The position numbers and the translations under genes are program-made. A stretch of 64,000 bases of DNA, taken from the NCBI GenBank assembly GCA_965243025.1, contig CBDETY010000003.1:832001-896000 (forward strand), written 5' to 3'. Source of the DNA: Candidatus Latescibacterota bacterium (lineage in GTDB: Bacteria > Latescibacterota > UBA2968 > UBA8231). The notes below the pieces were generated by a model. That model had not been told where the DNA came from, did no database searches, and saw only the letters and a list, made by a program, of their open reading frames with translations. This document shows positions 60,713-64,000 of the stretch, piece after piece (positions within the stretch are counted from its first letter, which is position 1; each line of letters starts with the position of its first letter).

Positions 60713-61141
60713 ATGGCGACGAAAGCGAGATATTTGCCGCTGATTCTTCTCCTGACAATCAGTTGCACCGATGCTCCCTTGTCCTACTCTGAAAGGGAGG
60801 AGCTGTCCGAGAAGATAGTCGGGCAATGGATATCCGAAGGCGGCTCCAGCGGCTACGAGTTCACCGACCGGGGCCGGTTCACGTTCCATGTCTGGAACAA
60901 CGACGGCCCCACGGAATTCGTAGCCGGTCAGTGGTGGGTGTCCACTGAGCAGATCAAGATCCAAGCTGAAGTGCGGTGTCTCCTGAAGGGTGAAGACAAT
61001 TGGGAATACGCTCTTACGGGGGAAAACCGGGGGATCGAGTTTGACAGCTCGAAGTTCAAGGTCGGGAAAGCCTTTGCAAATTACGAACGCAAGTCATTCG
61101 AAACACCGGCCCTCCCCGCTTGTGGGCTTGCGAATCCCTGA
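60713..61141 (+). CDS. Putative lipoprotein
   Basis: AAGGAGG RBS; LLLTISC lipobox-like; KIVGQW. Confidence 0.7.
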   Translation: MATKARYLPLILLLTISCTDAPLSYSEREELSEKIVGQWISEGGSSGYEFTDRGRFTFHVWNNDGPTEFVAGQWWVSTEQIKIQAEVRCLLKGEDNWEYALTGENRGIEFDSSKFKVGKAFANYERKSFETPALPACGLANP

Positions 61142-61389
61142 GTAACGGAGGGGAGAAAGCTCAAATCCGGTTCCGGTCCATTGAGTACCTCCTGCGAAGG
61201 GTGGGCCCGTCCTTGCACGATGCGGGCTTGGTTGGCCCCGGCAACTGTTCGGGCTCGAATTCGAGAAGGGTGCGGCGACCCTCGCTTTCTGACGGCCTTC
61301 CAAGACCTCGGAGCAATCGGTCTGCCCCACCCCGATCCGCCTCACTGAAATGATTACCTAAACCCGAAACCAAGATACAAGGAGAAAAC

Positions 61390-61890
61390 ATGTGGGCAAA
61401 AATCATACTTTGCGGAGTCCTTCTTGCATCGAGCGCGGCGTGGGGAGATCTCCTGGTCGCAGTGAACAAGCACCCTGACAAGGAGGGAGCCATGTTCTCC
61501 CGGGTCGGGCGTTTGGTGAGCGGCAGGGTGGACTGGGGTGTCCCTTCCCGGATTGCCAAGGCAGCGGCGCTGGACGTCGCCTACGACGGCGGCCAGGTCG
61601 CGGTTCTCACCTACACAGACGAAAAGGAAACAACCGAGGTGTATTGCCGCGTCGGGCGCGTCGACGAGGAATCGCTCACGGTTACGTGGGGAGACTCCCA
61701 ACTGGCCCCCTTCAAGGGCCGCAACCCCAACGTGGCCATTCGGGGGAGCACGGTTGTCTGCGTGCTGCGCGGCAAGGCGAAAGACATCCTGTTCACGGTT
61801 ACGGGGACCATCCTGGTCGACAGGAAGCAGGTGAAATGGGGCAGCACCGCGAGGTTCGGCGCGAAGGGGACCAAAGTCGTCGTCGACTGA
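61390..61890 (+). CDS. Secreted protein with three short RVG...V.WG repeats
   Basis: AAGGAG RBS, signal peptide, internal repeats. Confidence 0.7.
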   Translation: MWAKIILCGVLLASSAAWGDLLVAVNKHPDKEGAMFSRVGRLVSGRVDWGVPSRIAKAAALDVAYDGGQVAVLTYTDEKETTEVYCRVGRVDEESLTVTWGDSQLAPFKGRNPNVAIRGSTVVCVLRGKAKDILFTVTGTILVDRKQVKWGSTARFGAKGTKVVVD

Positions 61891-61966
61891 AGGACAAGCC
61901 CTTTTCCCGGCGATAATCGAATCGCTCCCATATCGAAACCCTTTTGCAAGCAAAGGAGAACCTCCC

Positions 61967-62284
61967 ATGGAAGTGGAGGAACTTCGCGGCGCCACCCAGA
62001 AGTTGAAGGATCAGATGGCAGCTTGGGCGGACCAACTCATCATCGCTGAGCGGGCTTTACGGCTTCCAGATACGCATTTTCTGGACGAGCACGGTTTCCG
62101 CCACATTCTTTCACGATTTCCAGGTTCTGGATCTATTCCAGACAGGGATGAAGTCGAGGCTGTCTTCAAAGACTACCACAACAAAATGGACCGACTCACC
62201 GAATACGAAAGAATGGCTGTCCTCAGGCTCCGGGACCCCTCTTTTCGTGACGAAACCAACGGGCGAAGAGAAGGCCACCCTTGA
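61967..62284 (+). CDS. Hypothetical protein whose 3' end runs into a WD40 remnant
   Basis: AAGGAG RBS, 105 aa. Confidence 0.5.
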   Translation: MEVEELRGATQKLKDQMAAWADQLIIAERALRLPDTHFLDEHGFRHILSRFPGSGSIPDRDEVEAVFKDYHNKMDRLTEYERMAVLRLRDPSFRDETNGRREGHP

Positions 62285-62859
62285 AGGCCATTCGATTGCG
62301 GTCTATTCGGTGTCGTTTTCCCCGGACGGTCAGACCCTGGCCAGTGGCAGTTGGGACGAGACGATCCGCTTGTGGGATGTGTCAACCGGCGAAGAGGAGG
62401 CCACCCTTCGAGGCCATTGGGAATGGGTCTCTTCGGTGTCGTTTTCCCCGGATGGTCAGACCCTGGCCAGTGGCAGTGGGGACCGCAGGATTCTGCTGTG
62501 GGACATGGCGCCCTATATCACCCCCATTACCGCGGTCGAAACTCTTTTCTTCCTCTCCCTCGCTGCCGGCGCAGACGGCGCTGCTGGCCAACTATCCCAA
62601 CCCCTTCAACCCCGACACCTGGATTCCCTTTCAACTGCACGCGCCGGCCCCGGTGCGCCTGAGCATCTACGACGTCCGGGGAGCCCTGATTCGGGAAATA
62701 GAGGGGGGCCATCGGGCGGCGGGCCAGTACCTGACCAGCGGTGCCCTCCGCTGGGCTGGCCGCGATCAGCGCGGCCAGCGGGTCGCCAGCGGAGTGTATC
62801 TGTATCGGTTGCAGGCCGGGCGGTTCGCCCAGGTGCGCAGGATGCTACTCGTCAAGTAA
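62250..62859 (+). pseudogene. Truncated, frameshifted WD40-CTD remnant
   Basis: Two WD40 units and a tail nearly identical to 53320-53685; frameshift near 62545-62560; no 5' end. Confidence 0.85.
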
Positions 62860-63133
62860 GCCGGGCAATGCATGAAACAGTCGGTGTCCACCGACAAAAG
62901 ACGCCCTTGGCGTATCCGATCCGGGTCTTCCTATCTCGGTTCTTCTGCAAGGATGATTGGGTACCCTCTCTTCTCTTACCTGGATCGACCGCAACGGCAC
63001 AGCTCCAGGAAGAATGGCAAGGCACCTTCCCCGAGGGCGAACCGTACCGCTTCGCAATGACCCTCCTTGCCGAAGTATCCGCAGAGGTCCTGGAAGTCAC
63101 CCTTGAAACCCTTGTAAAGGGCAGGTACACGTC

Positions 63134-64000
63134 ATGAAACCGATCTTTTTCGCCCTCCTCTCGCTGGTGGGATCCTCAGGTCATGCAGGGGCCCAGCCCC
63201 TTGTCGAGGGCAGGGTACTCCTGCCTTCCGGCGCGCCGGTGCCCGGAGCCCGGGTGCTGTTGTTCGATCTGTTCGATCTGCGCACGGCTCCGCTGGCCGC
63301 TATTTCGGATGGATCGGGTCATTTCGTCCTGCCTTTGGCCACCCTTGCCGGGGTCCTGCCGGAGCGCTTCGAGTTGGGGGCGAACTATCCCAACCCCTTC
63401 AATCCGTCCACGATGATTCCCTACCAGTTGCCGGCCTCCATGTACGTGCGCCTGGAGGTTTTCAACCTCCTGGGGCAGCGGGTGGCGACCCTGGTCGACG
63501 GGGAACAGCCGGCCGGTTTTCATACCGCGAGTTGGGATGCCACGGATGGGGCCGGGGAGGCAGTGGGCGCCGGGGTCTATCTCTACCGGCTCAGCGGCGA
63601 CGGAGTGCAGGCCACCCGGTCGATGCTGCTGATCGACGGGCAGGCGGGGATGTCTTCGGGTGGGCCGGGGGATGCGACCGCCGCAAGGGACGAGGGCAGG
63701 GAAGCGACCTCGGCCTACGGGTTGACGGTCTCGGGACCGGGACTGGTCCCCTACGTCGACCCCGCCTTCCGGGTCGAGGCGGCCATGGCTCCGCTGGAGG
63801 TGGTGGTCGAAGCGGGGGACAGGGGCCCCCCGGCGAAGGTGGCTTCCTCAGGCGGGATCCTCGGCGACGTGGACAACACGGGGGGTGTCGATTTCTTCGA
63901 CGCCCTGCTGGTGGCCCTGTACAGCCTGGACGCCTCCGTCGTCCTGCCCAACAACGGCGATATCACTCTGGGGGACGTCAATGCCGACGGCCAGGTCGAT
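63134..64000 (+). CDS. 3'-partial secreted protein: carboxypeptidase-regulatory-like start, internal FlgD Ig domain, dockerin-like motifs
   Basis: Open frame MKPIFFALL... to the window end (absent from the ORF track); NYPNPFNP...GVYLYRL...RSMLLIDG, then GDVDNTGGVDFFD and GDVNADG. Confidence 0.85.
   Translation, partial: MKPIFFALLSLVGSSGHAGAQPLVEGRVLLPSGAPVPGARVLLFDLFDLRTAPLAAISDGSGHFVLPLATLAGVLPERFELGANYPNPFNPSTMIPYQLPASMYVRLEVFNLLGQRVATLVDGEQPAGFHTASWDATDGAGEAVGAGVYLYRLSGDGVQATRSMLLIDGQAGMSSGGPGDATAARDEGREATSAYGLTVSGPGLVPYVDPAFRVEAAMAPLEVVVEAGDRGPPAKVASSGGILGDVDNTGGVDFFDALLVALYSLDASVVLPNNGDITLGDVNADGQVD

Noticed and set aside
1-64000. tRNA or rRNA genes
   Set aside because: No cloverleaf or rRNA-like sequence recognised by eye; tRNAscan-SE and Rfam would be needed to exclude them

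Overview
GC-rich accessory region, probably from a host-associated bacterium. The density of WD40/LRR/ankyrin/collagen/YWTD proteins with dockerin-like and FlgD-Ig/T9SS-type tails resembles sponge-symbiont Latescibacterota/Gemmatimonadota, but that taxonomy is inference. Layout: (1) 1-9.4 kb and 16.4-20.2 kb: modular secreted proteins (metzincin proteases, WD40/LRR, collagen lipoproteins). (2) 9.5-16.4 kb: a six-gene operon encoding a catalytically dead trypsin-FHA receptor, a MotB/ExbD-like TM-vWA protein, a MotA/ExbB channel, an FHA protein, a PP2C phosphatase and a Ser/Thr kinase-ankyrin protein. This is the best candidate for an uncharacterised system, an ion-motor pair wired to phospho-Thr signalling. 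(3) 20.2-23.9 kb: an IS1595 transposase followed by a non-coding array of about 350-410 bp degenerate units derived from its own 3' end. (4) 24-39.5 kb: a minus-strand defence operon (type III R-M, SIR2-HerA, AAA/S8 IetAS-like) whose last gene, a PHP protein, is fused by deletion to a CARDB-leishmanolysin pseudogene. (5) 40-49 kb: MGE cargo (HTH, Zn-finger ORFs, SWIB-DnaJ fusion, SF2 helicase plus small Cys protein, RadC, IS1595). (6) 49.7-56 kb: giant WD40 genes with exactly 14-blade modules and position-specific hypervariability. (7) 56-60.6 kb: nested IS remnants (IS3 inside IS1380, IS630). (8) Small secreted proteins and a partial protein with an internal FlgD-Ig domain. No rRNA, tRNA, CRISPR array or reverse transcriptase was seen.
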